A stretch of 64,000 nt of DNA from a virus: positions 16,306-80,305 of IMG/VR virus record IMGVR_UViG_3300025030_000076, one strand, 5' to 3'. Made by a program: the position numbers and the translations under genes. Below the pieces are notes generated by a model. It saw nothing but the letters and a program-made list of their open reading frames with translations. It was not told where the DNA came from and did no database searches. Shown here piece by piece: positions 46,509-56,233 of the stretch; position 1 is the first letter of the stretch, and every line of letters begins with the position of its first letter.

Positions 46509-48575
46509 TTATGCAGCGTTGGTCAGATAGTAGAATGCTTCGCTCTGAAGTACTCCGCCACCGCGGAAGATAGAGGCGAAGATACCGATTTGCCCGGTTG
46601 CCATGTACAGGTAGGGGTTGCGCTGTACGACCATGCCCGGCTTTTCCACTACTGCGTAGTAGGAGAAATTGCCGAACACGACGCACTTGGCTGAGGCTGT
46701 GGTATACGGGTCAAGGTCGTCATCAATGACAGCCTTGTAGCCGAAGAAATCGCCATCCTGCGGGGTCTGCACGTATGCAAACGGGACAGCCGATGTTCCG
46801 CCACTGCCTTTGAGATACCATTTGGTCTTATTCGCCATGAGCATGGCGGACTCGGACGGCACGTTATACCCGCCGCCGAGATAGCCGATCAGGGCCGAAA
46901 GTTCTGAAGGCAGAATGACATCGGTCGTGGCGGTCGTGTTTGCAACCGTCGCGCCGGTCACGATACCCTCAGGCTGCGCCGTGCCTGTGCCTGTGGTGTA
47001 GATGGTGTTCTCGGTGTTGGCAACCGCACGACCCAGGGCATTGGTAAACCATGCTTCCCAGTTCGTGCCGTTGTACATCAAGAACTCTTCATTCATCTTG
47101 GTCAGCTTGGTGTACTTGTACAAGATGAGGTCTTTCTGCGATACCGTGCCCTCATTCTCATCGTATGTACCAGCCTCAGCCGTCAGGACGAAATCGGTTA
47201 GCTTGGTGTCTTCACGCGGGACCAACAGGTGATCGGAAGGGGTCGTCAGGAACGTGCAAGGAACCTGCCGCGCCCACGACATAATGTCGCGCTTGGCGAT
47301 GATCTGGTTGTACAGGGGATCAGGAACCAGGAATCCACCGCTTGCTCCGGTCGTGATGTTCCAGGCCGCCTTGCCTGCCTTGATGTTGTCGAAGGACGAG
47401 TCGGGGCGGATCAGCCCTTGATTTTCCTGCCCGGTCTTGAGCCAGGACTTGAATGCTCCGATACCATCGTTGTCATCGTCGGTCGGCTCGGTGGGGTGGT
47501 AGAACTTCTGCGGCCCGTGCTCCTTCAATTCCTCAATGGCCTTTTTGTACCCGGCGTCCTCAGCAGCTTTCAATTCTGCCGCCTTCTGCAATTCCGCCTG
47601 GGTTTTCGCTTCGCGCATTGCAAGCGCGTCTGCGACCGCCTTATCAACGGCGGATTTGATTTCTTCTTCCATGATGTTCTCCCTTTGTTTGGTAACAGGT
47701 TGATTGGTTGGTTTAGTTTGGTTATACTCCTCAACGGGCAACGCCGTATGGGAAGTTAGTAACGATTTAATTGGTAGTATCTGGTTGGTCTTGCGGAATT
47801 CTGCCGGGGTAGGGGTCAGTGACGCGTCCAGACCAAGAGGCCAGCGCGTGATTTCCCACACGCCGCTCTTGATTGCTTTGCGGTCTACAAGGTGCGAAGC
47901 TGTGCCGGATGACCAGGCTAATTTCCCCGCAAGTCCCAGTTCCGCGATTGTCTTTTCGTATTCATTACGCGCTTCGATTACCACCTCGGCAAACACTCCA
48001 ACGTCATCAATGGTAAGCGTCGCTTTATTGGATAGCGGCTCGGTGTATTTCACTTCGATGTTGTGCTTTTTGATCTGGATCGGCAGGCGGTGGTTGAACC
48101 ATACATCAGACTGTTTTGCATCGCCGTAGTTGGCCCTTTTCGTGAAATAGTCGCCCGCCAGGTCTGTATTCTCTGCATCCCTGAAACTGATTAGATAACC
48201 CCCTAGTTTGACCGCACCGCCGTCCAATGACGTGGCTTTGACCGCATCGCCGGGGTAGATATATTCCTCATCCAGCGATTTGCCCTCCATCATCGGCATT
48301 TCACCCCCTGGCTTTTCACACTCAGCGCCGTTTTCCACCATGATGTCATGCACGGTCTGGAACGCCTCTGTTTCTTTGCGCGTGTGCCGCGCGCCGATTT
48401 TCAGGAAATGCTTGACCGCATCTTCCACAGACATCCCGTAGAATGACTTTTTTTCTCCCCACATAGACATGCACGCGGCGGCGGCTTCGTCCTGTTCTTT
48501 CCCCTCTTCCGTCATGGCGGACATACACGCGCTCATCCATTTGTCTTTATCGTCGTATTCCGAAACGTTCGGCAT
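46509..48575 (-). CDS. Prohead protease-major capsid (HK97 fold) fusion
   Basis: DL.GDYF, NH, WSSG, SLTPTPAE protease motifs; GGFLVP, GTGTAQPEGI, FGNFS capsid motifs. Confidence 0.9.
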   Translation of the reverse strand: MPNVSEYDDKDKWMSACMSAMTEEGKEQDEAAAACMSMWGEKKSFYGMSVEDAVKHFLKIGARHTRKETEAFQTVHDIMVENGAECEKPGGEMPMMEGKSLDEEYIYPGDAVKATSLDGGAVKLGGYLISFRDAENTDLAGDYFTKRANYGDAKQSDVWFNHRLPIQIKKHNIEVKYTEPLSNKATLTIDDVGVFAEVVIEARNEYEKTIAELGLAGKLAWSSGTASHLVDRKAIKSGVWEITRWPLGLDASLTPTPAEFRKTNQILPIKSLLTSHTALPVEEYNQTKPTNQPVTKQRENIMEEEIKSAVDKAVADALAMREAKTQAELQKAAELKAAEDAGYKKAIEELKEHGPQKFYHPTEPTDDDNDGIGAFKSWLKTGQENQGLIRPDSSFDNIKAGKAAWNITTGASGGFLVPDPLYNQIIAKRDIMSWARQVPCTFLTTPSDHLLVPREDTKLTDFVLTAEAGTYDENEGTVSQKDLILYKYTKLTKMNEEFLMYNGTNWEAWFTNALGRAVANTENTIYTTGTGTAQPEGIVTGATVANTTATTDVILPSELSALIGYLGGGYNVPSESAMLMANKTKWYLKGSGGTSAVPFAYVQTPQDGDFFGYKAVIDDDLDPYTTASAKCVVFGNFSYYAVVEKPGMVVQRNPYLYMATGQIGIFASIFRGGGVLQSEAFYYLTNAA

Positions 48576-48597
48576 TTTGTCCCTTTGCGTATTAACG

Positions 48598-48649
48598 CAA
48601 AAAGCCGGTTATCTTTCCCGACCCATTTCGAGTCGAAAGATAACCGGCT
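48598..48649 (-). terminator. Terminator-like hairpin in the capsid gene leader
   Basis: AGCCGGTTATCTTTC...GAAAGATAACCGGCT-TTTT. Confidence 0.7.
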
Positions 48650-48746
48650 ATAACCTGGGGTTGTATTAGTTAAGCACTGTCTGTGTCAACACGTATTCAG
48701 TGCCTTAAACTTCGGCATTCCTGCCTGCAAGCATTATAACACAGAA

Positions 48747-49016
48747 TTAGATTTTATGTTCTGTCAAGTACCTTTTGGTCTTGCGTATCGCCACGTCTTT
48801 CGCGATGTTGGCAAAATCCTTTGACCTTACAAAATCACCTGCGAATCTGTATACCCAGGTATATCCATACCCACCTATTTTCACCTTTAATAGATATGCA
48901 AACACATCGTCAGGCAGTGGAGGCTTGTAATAATCAAACATTTCTGTGTATCGGTGGGTAATATCCTCTAACCCTACAAACTCAATATCGTTCTCAATAT
49001 CGTTATCGTTGCCCAT
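48747..49016 (-). CDS. Hypothetical protein
   Basis: ORF with RBS. Confidence 0.5.
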   Translation of the reverse strand: MGNDNDIENDIEFVGLEDITHRYTEMFDYYKPPLPDDVFAYLLKVKIGGYGYTWVYRFAGDFVRSKDFANIAKDVAIRKTKRYLTEHKI

Positions 49017-49161
49017 TACTCAACTTCCTTTCTTCCAACATTCTTTGCAGTCGCGGCGGTGCTTGTCCAGCGCCCGCCAGCGGTGGGTAACTAAAGCACG
49101 GTCATAAATTATCCACCCAATCTCACAGATATAAATCATAAAACGATATGACCACATAGCT

Positions 49162-49839
49162 CTATTTCAAAAGCCTCTTCGTTTTAGCCGTGTCACGCGG
49201 CATATAGAACGGCATCGGGATGTGGTGGTCTGGCTCCATGATGATCTCAGATTTGCTCCGGTAGTGGCTGATGATCCTGCGCGCAAGTTCCAGCATCGTG
49301 ACCGGCGTATCATCCCCCACGTCATACGCCTGCCCGCGCTCGCCCCGTAGCAGGATCGCCCACAGCCAGCGGCCAAGTTCTGCGCCATACATATATGACC
49401 GCACACAAGACCCGTCGCCCCAAATCTTGAGCGGCTCGCCTGCCTTCGCCGCCTGGACAAATTGGGTGTATGCCTTGCCATCGTCTAGGCGCTCGCCGTA
49501 GAAGGTGAACAGGCGCGCAATGACTACATCGATGCCGCTGTCCAGGCACTCTTTTTCCCAATCGAGTTTATTCTGCCTGTACTCGGTATCGTTCTCATCG
49601 TGGTAGACGATCCCGCTCGAAGCGTATAGCACGCGGACACCGAATGGCTGGCTGAATTCCAGGACTTCATACGGCGAGATATTCGCAAGGTGTACGATGT
49701 AATCCCAGGTCATCCATTCCCAGTGTCGTAGTTCGTAGTCGCTTTTGCCGAAGTAACTGATACGTAAATCGGGCGGGGCGGTCTGCCGCATCCATGAACC
49801 GCAGAAGCCGGTCCCGCCTGTGACTAAAACTTTATCCAT
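49162..49839 (-). CDS. NAD-dependent sugar epimerase/reductase (extended SDR)
   Basis: TGGTGFCG, YxxxK, GDG..RSY. Confidence 0.9.
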   Translation of the reverse strand: MDKVLVTGGTGFCGSWMRQTAPPDLRISYFGKSDYELRHWEWMTWDYIVHLANISPYEVLEFSQPFGVRVLYASSGIVYHDENDTEYRQNKLDWEKECLDSGIDVVIARLFTFYGERLDDGKAYTQFVQAAKAGEPLKIWGDGSCVRSYMYGAELGRWLWAILLRGERGQAYDVGDDTPVTMLELARRIISHYRSKSEIIMEPDHHIPMPFYMPRDTAKTKRLLK

Positions 49840-50980
49840 TGAAATACTTCCGTATTACTTCGACTTGATAGTCTCGCATGTCCGGGGTGATTCCTGGGAA
49901 TACGCCAATCCAAATACCGCGCTCATATATTAAATCGGCTCCATCCAAATTACCTACCACACGATAATCTACGCCATTTATCAATTTTCGGTAAGCTGGT
50001 TGCCGTAATAAATTACCAGCCATCACAGGTCTACTGCCTACACCGTGCTCGTCAAGATAACGCGCCAATTCGTTACGTCTTTCTGTCAAGAACGCAAAAC
50101 CAAACCATGACGGATTGCTACCAGGAGTAGCTTGAACTATCTCAATCGGCAAATCCTTCAAACCTTCGTTCAAGTAAGCCCAATTCTCGCGGCGCTTCTG
50201 TATAAAACCTTCTAATCTATCTAATTGCGCTACACCTACAGCGGCGGCTAAGTCGTTAGCTTTGAGGTTCCATCCGATACGACTGTAAATATATTTATGA
50301 TCGACTTCGTAGTTGAAGCGTTTTCCACATGTATTATCTTTACCTGGTTCACAGAAACAATCCCGCCCCCAGTCGCGATAACTCTCGATGACCTTCCTCA
50401 GCCGCGGGCTGTCTGTTAGCACCGCGCCTCCCTCCCCGGTAGTGATATGATGCGCCGGGTAGAATGAGACGGTAGACATTATGCCGCGACGACCAACCAT
50501 TTGCCCGTTGATTGTGCTCCCTACCGCGTCGCAGCAATCTTCGATAGTTGGATACCAATCACATATACCAGACAGATCAACAGGGTTTCCGAGTGCATGC
50601 GCCATAATGACAGCGCGTGTTTTATCGCTGATGGCTTCCCAAACATTCGCCATATTAATATTATTCAGCGTCTTTGGGTCACTATCCACGAACACCGGCA
50701 CTAGCCCAAGCTGGATGATGCAATTGACCGTCGTGGGGAAGTTCACCGCCGTCGTGATGACTTCGCTTCCTTTTGGCAGTTCCAGCGCAGCCAATGCCAG
50801 CAGATTTGCGGATGACCCGCTATTGCACAGGATCGCCTCACGCGCGCTCATGAATCGGGCAAAGCCGCGCTCGAAGCGGTTCGTCCAGATGAAGCCGCCA
50901 TAGCTCTGCGAGTTTGCGACCTGCATCACGTTATCCGCTTCTTCCTTTCCAGTCACTTGCCCCGAAATAGGGACTTTCAT
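49832..50980 (-). CDS. rfbH: CDP-4-keto-6-deoxyglucose 3-dehydrase (E1)-like enzyme, DegT family
   Basis: NSGSSANL, EDCCDA, SFYPAHHITTGEGG (His in place of the Schiff-base Lys) and DWGRDCFC...NTC Fe-S motif. Confidence 0.85.
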   Translation of the reverse strand: MKVPISGQVTGKEEADNVMQVANSQSYGGFIWTNRFERGFARFMSAREAILCNSGSSANLLALAALELPKGSEVITTAVNFPTTVNCIIQLGLVPVFVDSDPKTLNNINMANVWEAISDKTRAVIMAHALGNPVDLSGICDWYPTIEDCCDAVGSTINGQMVGRRGIMSTVSFYPAHHITTGEGGAVLTDSPRLRKVIESYRDWGRDCFCEPGKDNTCGKRFNYEVDHKYIYSRIGWNLKANDLAAAVGVAQLDRLEGFIQKRRENWAYLNEGLKDLPIEIVQATPGSNPSWFGFAFLTERRNELARYLDEHGVGSRPVMAGNLLRQPAYRKLINGVDYRVVGNLDGADLIYERGIWIGVFPGITPDMRDYQVEVIRKYFNG

Positions 50981-51452
50981 TGCACACCTCCATTGAGTAG
51001 CAGGTGTACAACGACACTCTACGGTTGAAAATTATTTTATTTCCTGTTTTACTGCGATAACTCGTAAAGCAAAGGACTTACGAAACAATTAGTAATCGCC
51101 TTATATGTGGTAATAATAGAATACCAGAGAGAGAAGAAACAGTATTGTGCTGATCGCTCCGCAAATATCGCATAGGGGCGGGTCTGGTTCTAAATCTCCC
51201 ATTCTCTTATCGGGCGGTATTAGAGCAATACCTATTAAACCAATTACCAAGGCCAACAAAATAGATATACCTGTTAACATAGTTTTCCTTTCTTGCCGCC
51301 AGCGTCAACGCGCTAGACAGGCGAACATGATTGTATAAGTTGTATTATTATAATTGAGGCGATTAGAATCATAACGGCTCTTGAAATCACCTCCACCAAT
51401 CCAAAGCATCCTGGTTTATCACTGTTCATTTTCTTCCTTTCTGGATGAGGCG

Positions 51453-52589
51453 TTACCCATCCCACTCCATAAGAGCCTGTAAATCATCAATCTTAGGCGT
51501 CATGTCCTGCATGTCATCTGTCCTGATAGGGTTGCCCGATGCCATTACGCGCGGGAGCTGCTGCCAGTCGGGGTCTACGAATACCTCAACTATCATCGGA
51601 GCAAAGTCCAGACATTTGCAGAAGTTTGACAAATCCATGCCCCTCAGCGGCATGTACACAAAGCGATACGCCTCCGCAATCGCTTCGATGCTGGGGAGCG
51701 TCAGCCCGCTTTGTGGGTTCGCTCCTGTCACGCGCCCGAAGCGCGCAAGCTGTCCCACTCGAATACTGTTATAGCCACCGTTGTTCATCACAAAGAAGAT
51801 AATCGGCAATCTCAGTCGCCGGATCGTCTCAAGTTCCTGCGCGTTCATGGCAAAGCCGCCGTCGCCCGTCACGCAGATGGTGCGCCGCCCGGATGCGAGA
51901 GCAGAGCCGAGAGCCATCGGAATATCAGCGCCCATTGCGCCAATCGTGCAGACGTTGGAGATTCGCTGCCCCGCCTTGACTTTATATGCCTGAAAGAACA
52001 CGGTTGGCGCGTTGCCCGATGAGCCGAGGGCGAATACGTCATCGGGATGGCTGAATTCATGAAGTAAAGACATCAGCCGAAACGGATTAACATACTGTGC
52101 CCACTTGTGAACATCCATAGTTTCATGCACCCAGCCGTCCAGTTCCGGGCGGAAGCGGGCGTAGAGCGCCTTGCACCAGTTGAGCCAATCGCGATGAGGC
52201 GGGGCAAGGGATGGAAGAAAATCAATATCGTCTCTACAGTCAAGGGTCTGCGAAACATGGTAACGCTTCGGGAACTTCTGCGCTTCCGCCTCATCAATGT
52301 CATACACATAGATTTGAGCATTCGGCGCAAAGCGGTCGTAGTCGTAGGCGACCTGTTCGCCGTCCAGCCGCGCGCCGAAGCAATAGAGATGGGTCGCTTT
52401 TTGCGTCGCAATATTCGCGGCGCGTTGCCCGAAGATTCCGGGGCGGCCTATAAACACAGGTGAGTTTTCAGGGAGTAAGTCCGCCGCCATCCAAGTTGTG
52501 CAAATCGGGATGTTCAGACTGCATAGATGTTCGATGAGCGCAGGGTTATTGCGGATGCCGTTACCGAGAATTATCACTGGCTTATACAT
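51453..52589 (-). CDS. ThDP-dependent enzyme, central and C-terminal domains (acetolactate synthase/YerE-like)
   Basis: GRPG...QR.AN, GARLD, GDGG...NNGGY ThDP-binding motif. Confidence 0.85.
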   Translation of the reverse strand: MYKPVIILGNGIRNNPALIEHLCSLNIPICTTWMAADLLPENSPVFIGRPGIFGQRAANIATQKATHLYCFGARLDGEQVAYDYDRFAPNAQIYVYDIDEAEAQKFPKRYHVSQTLDCRDDIDFLPSLAPPHRDWLNWCKALYARFRPELDGWVHETMDVHKWAQYVNPFRLMSLLHEFSHPDDVFALGSSGNAPTVFFQAYKVKAGQRISNVCTIGAMGADIPMALGSALASGRRTICVTGDGGFAMNAQELETIRRLRLPIIFFVMNNGGYNSIRVGQLARFGRVTGANPQSGLTLPSIEAIAEAYRFVYMPLRGMDLSNFCKCLDFAPMIVEVFVDPDWQQLPRVMASGNPIRTDDMQDMTPKIDDLQALMEWDG

Positions 52590-53091
52590 CGGCGGCCTGC
52601 ACATCCATTGGAATATCGAGCCAAGCACCGCCGCGCCTGCCTTCCTTAGCTGCGGTAATGCAGTTGTCTAACTCAATCATCGCCTCTACCGCGCTTTGTG
52701 GTTGCGCCACGTATTTCGTTATCGGTCTCACCATTTCAATCGTCGGCCCTTCCTGCGTCCCGCGTGAGCGCATCCCAGGTAGAGCCAGCCACTTGACCAT
52801 AACCTGCCCGGATATAAATAGAACAGGCACGCTATCCAGCCACGCCGCAAGGCAGGGGGTCATGGCATTGGTAACGCCGGGTCCGCTCGTCACAAGGCAC
52901 ACGCCAAAACCCTTGTATTGTGCATACCCGACCGCGGCATACCCGGCTGATTGTTCATGGAGACAGCATACGGCGCGCAATCCCGACGCGCCCAGCGCAT
53001 CCACCAGCGGACCGGAGCCACCGCCGGGGAGGTAGAATACGGTGGAAACTTCACTTTTCAGTCTTTCCCAAATTGCTTGTGATACATTCAT
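52582..53091 (-). CDS. ThDP-dependent enzyme, N-terminal (PYR) domain
   Basis: LHEQSAGYAA, TSGPG.TN, DIPMDVQ. Confidence 0.85.
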   Translation of the reverse strand: MNVSQAIWERLKSEVSTVFYLPGGGSGPLVDALGASGLRAVCCLHEQSAGYAAVGYAQYKGFGVCLVTSGPGVTNAMTPCLAAWLDSVPVLFISGQVMVKWLALPGMRSRGTQEGPTIEMVRPITKYVAQPQSAVEAMIELDNCITAAKEGRRGGAWLDIPMDVQAADV

Positions 53092-54104
53092 GTTTCGATC
53101 AGGGGATTGGTAATCCCGGCCTTTCGTATATTTTCGATAAGTCTCTGTCTTTGACCTTGACTCATTATTAATATCGGCGCGGCGTTGGTAGGTCGTTCCT
53201 GTACCGGCTTGCCGTTGTACGTCTGCCCACGGTACGCGGGATCATTGTCAATGTAGTCCAAGATGTTCAATTCCACCTGTGCCAGCAGATGCCACGTAAT
53301 ATCACCCATGCCCCACACGTTGAGCGGCAAGCCCTCAAGCGTCCTGAGCCTGTCCACGCGGGCGGATATATTGTCTGTGATGTGCTTCGCTGACTCCTGC
53401 GCCACGTCCAGCCGCCTGAATTGCAACTGGTACGCGGGCGCGTTCTCAAGCTCGTACTTCCGCACGTCTATCAATTCGAAGCCGTGCCGGTATCCCAAGT
53501 CGAGATAGTTTCGCAGCGTGAAATGGTTGATGTGCTTCGTGTTGAAATCCAGAATCGGCATTTTCCAGTGTTGCAAAAGCCCCGTCGCGTCCGGCCCATC
53601 TATAATGAGTAGGCCGTCAGGCGCAAGCGCGCCGCTGATGCGCTCCATCGTTTCGGGCAGATCGTAGACGTGCTCAACAACGTGTGAGGCGTAGATAAGG
53701 TCACATTGCTGGGGCAGGGGGGCGCCCGCGCCCACGCAGACGGCGTTGATATATCCCCTGTCCCGCAACATATCTACGATGATGCTCCGACCATCGTCTC
53801 CGTTGCCGCCGAAGTCCACAATGACGGCCTCTCTCTCGTGCTTCGCCAGACCGCTTATCACGACCGCGTCCATTTTTAGCCGCTCGATATTGGATGGGTT
53901 GTTGATGCCATAACCGTAGTATTTCAGGTAATACTCATTGAGCATCGCCTGATTGAAATCCCCGTCGCCGTAGAGCATCGAACAGGCGTAACAGGTATAC
54001 CAGATGATCTCGGACGGCAAGGGCCACGAATCGGGCACGCGGTAGGGCATACGGAATACTTCTGTGCGGGAGGGGTGTTCACAGACGGGGCAGGGGCGGG
54101 TCAT
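53088..54104 (-). CDS. Class I SAM methyltransferase-like protein with sugar C-methyltransferase-like architecture
   Basis: N-terminal CPVC/CYAC, VDFGG, SHVVEH, HINHFT, C-terminal VWGMG/YIDND. Confidence 0.75.
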   Translation of the reverse strand: MTRPCPVCEHPSRTEVFRMPYRVPDSWPLPSEIIWYTCYACSMLYGDGDFNQAMLNEYYLKYYGYGINNPSNIERLKMDAVVISGLAKHEREAVIVDFGGNGDDGRSIIVDMLRDRGYINAVCVGAGAPLPQQCDLIYASHVVEHVYDLPETMERISGALAPDGLLIIDGPDATGLLQHWKMPILDFNTKHINHFTLRNYLDLGYRHGFELIDVRKYELENAPAYQLQFRRLDVAQESAKHITDNISARVDRLRTLEGLPLNVWGMGDITWHLLAQVELNILDYIDNDPAYRGQTYNGKPVQERPTNAAPILIMSQGQRQRLIENIRKAGITNPLIET

Positions 54105-54307
54105 TCTTCCTCCACGAAAGAAGAATTTGCCCAATAATAGACAATTCCGTAATTTCTTGATATACCCTCGTAATTCTGTTCAACAGTAACCCACTCAAGC
54201 CATCTGGTTTCAGAGACATGATAGTTTTCGGTTGTAACCGGGAACCACGCAAACCACCTTTTTATTCTTTTTTCACCAACCTGCGGAATTATTTTAATAT
54301 TTCTCAC
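54101..54307 (-). CDS. Hypothetical protein (copy B only)
   Basis: FAWFPV...RWLEWV motif; coupled to neighbours. Confidence 0.65.
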   Translation of the reverse strand: MRNIKIIPQVGEKRIKRWFAWFPVTTENYHVSETRWLEWVTVEQNYEGISRNYGIVYYWANSSFVEEE

Positions 54308-55311
54308 TTTTGTATTCTTTCTGCGAATTCTTCGCGGTCATTGTCGATGTTATCTGGTAATGCCTGTATATAGTCGCACGTACCACAAGCCGCGTTCTCG
54401 CTCTTGCGCGCTTCCAGGTGCATCAGCCGGAAGTCACGCAATCGTGCGCCGTTCCAAATCTGGTACAGACTTTCATTCTTGATGTTCCCTAATTGGTGTA
54501 GATGGTATTGGTCATCGTTGCATATTGAAATGTCGCCGTTGGAGTTGATCGCGAGCATGTAGAGCACCAGCGGGCAGGCTATTTTCTGTGTGCGCGGCGT
54601 GCCATCAAAACTCTGATTAGTTCCCAGCTTCCAATCGAATTTGTCGGACGTACTCCAGCCATGCAGGTTTTCTATGGCGATGAAATCACAGCGGTCAGAG
54701 AAGTCGTCAAGGAATTTCTGCTTGTCGCCGTCCGTCAAACCCACGTCTGCTATCTTTGTTGACACCCGTGTACTCGTATCCCGGCTCCGCTCGAACAGGT
54801 CAAGCACACCATCCCTAAACTTTTCGTAATCCACTTTGACGCCTGCAATGTCGTAAAACATCTGCGCGTTTATGCCTGTTACACTCACGCCGATCATATC
54901 CAGCCCGCACGTTACCAGTTTGGCATTTAGTTCAGGCCGCAAAACATGACCATTTGTTTTCACCCATATACGCTCTGACACATTTGCATCCTTCATGTAG
55001 CGCACCATATCGGTAAAGCGGGGGTGTAGAGTTGGTTCGCCATCTTTATATAGATTCGCCTGCTTACATGGTCTGTCAAATTCTCGCAGGTCGTCCACGA
55101 TCTTGCAGAACAGTTCGTAACTCATTAGTACGTTCTTGCGCCCGTACTCACGCAGTAAGTCGGGGTGTCCAGTCGGGCAAAATTTGCATCTGTAGTTACA
55201 CGCGTTGCACGGATCAATAAAAAGCGTCCACGGCGCGGGCAATGGTACGACATCTATCAGCCGCTCCCGCCGCTCGCCGCGCAAGTCTTTCGCCTGAATG
55301 AGTTTAGCCAT
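54304..55311 (-). CDS. Radical SAM/SPASM protein (copy B)
   Basis: CNYRCKFC; C-terminal Cys motifs. Confidence 0.9.
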   Translation of the reverse strand: MAKLIQAKDLRGERRERLIDVVPLPAPWTLFIDPCNACNYRCKFCPTGHPDLLREYGRKNVLMSYELFCKIVDDLREFDRPCKQANLYKDGEPTLHPRFTDMVRYMKDANVSERIWVKTNGHVLRPELNAKLVTCGLDMIGVSVTGINAQMFYDIAGVKVDYEKFRDGVLDLFERSRDTSTRVSTKIADVGLTDGDKQKFLDDFSDRCDFIAIENLHGWSTSDKFDWKLGTNQSFDGTPRTQKIACPLVLYMLAINSNGDISICNDDQYHLHQLGNIKNESLYQIWNGARLRDFRLMHLEARKSENAACGTCDYIQALPDNIDNDREEFAERIQK

Positions 55312-55993
55312 TTTTTGAAAGCCACCCTCCGTCAACGGTAATAACCTGACCGTAAACGTATGTACTCGAAATTAGATACATCAGCGCCCCGGCTATCTCC
55401 TCCGGCTTCCCGAACCTGCCCGCGGGCGTGATGCTTTCAAGTAGCTTGCGCCGTTCGGGTGTTATGTATTCATCTACCATGCTAGTCTGCGTTAAACCGG
55501 GGCACACTGCATTGACCCGAATCAGCGGCGCGAGTTCGATTGCCATCGCCCGTGTGAGGCCGAGCAGACCATGTTTCGCGGCGACGTAGCCGGCTATGTT
55601 GCGTGCTCCCTGGAAGGCGGACGTAGAAAGGATATTGACGATATGCCCGCCGCCGTGCGCGAGCATGTGCCGGGCTGCTTCCTGGGACAGAAAGAACGGG
55701 ACGGTAAGCATCAACTCGATTTGTTCACGCCATCTTCCCGCGCTGTATTCGATAAGATTTTGATGATACTGCGAGCCTGCGTTGTTGACAAGGATGTCAA
55801 TACTACCAAGTTTGTCTATCACTTCAGATACAACCGGGTTACGTCCAAAAAAATCTGTCAGGTCAGCATGGATGAATAAATCACAGTCCGCCCTTGTCCT
55901 TCCTGCCACCGCGACGGTATGCCCTGCGTCCTTCAATGCACGGACGCATGCCGCGCCGATCCCGCGTGAGCCGCCGGTAACAAGGGCGATCAC
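55304..55993 (-). CDS. SDR oxidoreductase (copy B)
   Basis: TGGSRGIG, YVAAK. Confidence 0.95.
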   Translation of the reverse strand: MIALVTGGSRGIGAACVRALKDAGHTVAVAGRTRADCDLFIHADLTDFFGRNPVVSEVIDKLGSIDILVNNAGSQYHQNLIEYSAGRWREQIELMLTVPFFLSQEAARHMLAHGGGHIVNILSTSAFQGARNIAGYVAAKHGLLGLTRAMAIELAPLIRVNAVCPGLTQTSMVDEYITPERRKLLESITPAGRFGKPEEIAGALMYLISSTYVYGQVITVDGGWLSKNG

Positions 55994-56178
55994 TCGTCTG
56001 TACTTTCTAGCAACTCCAGCCGCTCGGCGGGTAGTTCGATTTCGGCTGGCGTCTCGTTGATGATCTCGATAGTAAATCGCCCATGACCGCTGAAATCATG
56101 TACGTAGTTTTCCTCAAACCAATATAGATCGGTTATTTCTTGTTTGTTGCCGTTTTGGTCTGTTGCAAATATCCTCAT
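55990..56178 (-). CDS. Hypothetical protein
   Basis: AAAGGA RBS; C-terminus shared with 2595-2855. Confidence 0.6.
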   Translation of the reverse strand: MRIFATDQNGNKQEITDLYWFEENYVHDFSGHGRFTIEIINETPAEIELPAERLELLESTDE

Positions 56179-56233
56179 GCCAATCCTTTCTACTCGATTC
56201 GATTATAGTCCGCATGTTCTAATTTTAAAAGTC

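Noticed and set aside
49162-55993. Host chromosomal O-antigen locus flanking a prophage
   Set aside because: The genes are co-oriented with and lie between phage portal/MuF and capsid genes, are interleaved with phage-type micro-ORFs, and recur at the same place in both copies.
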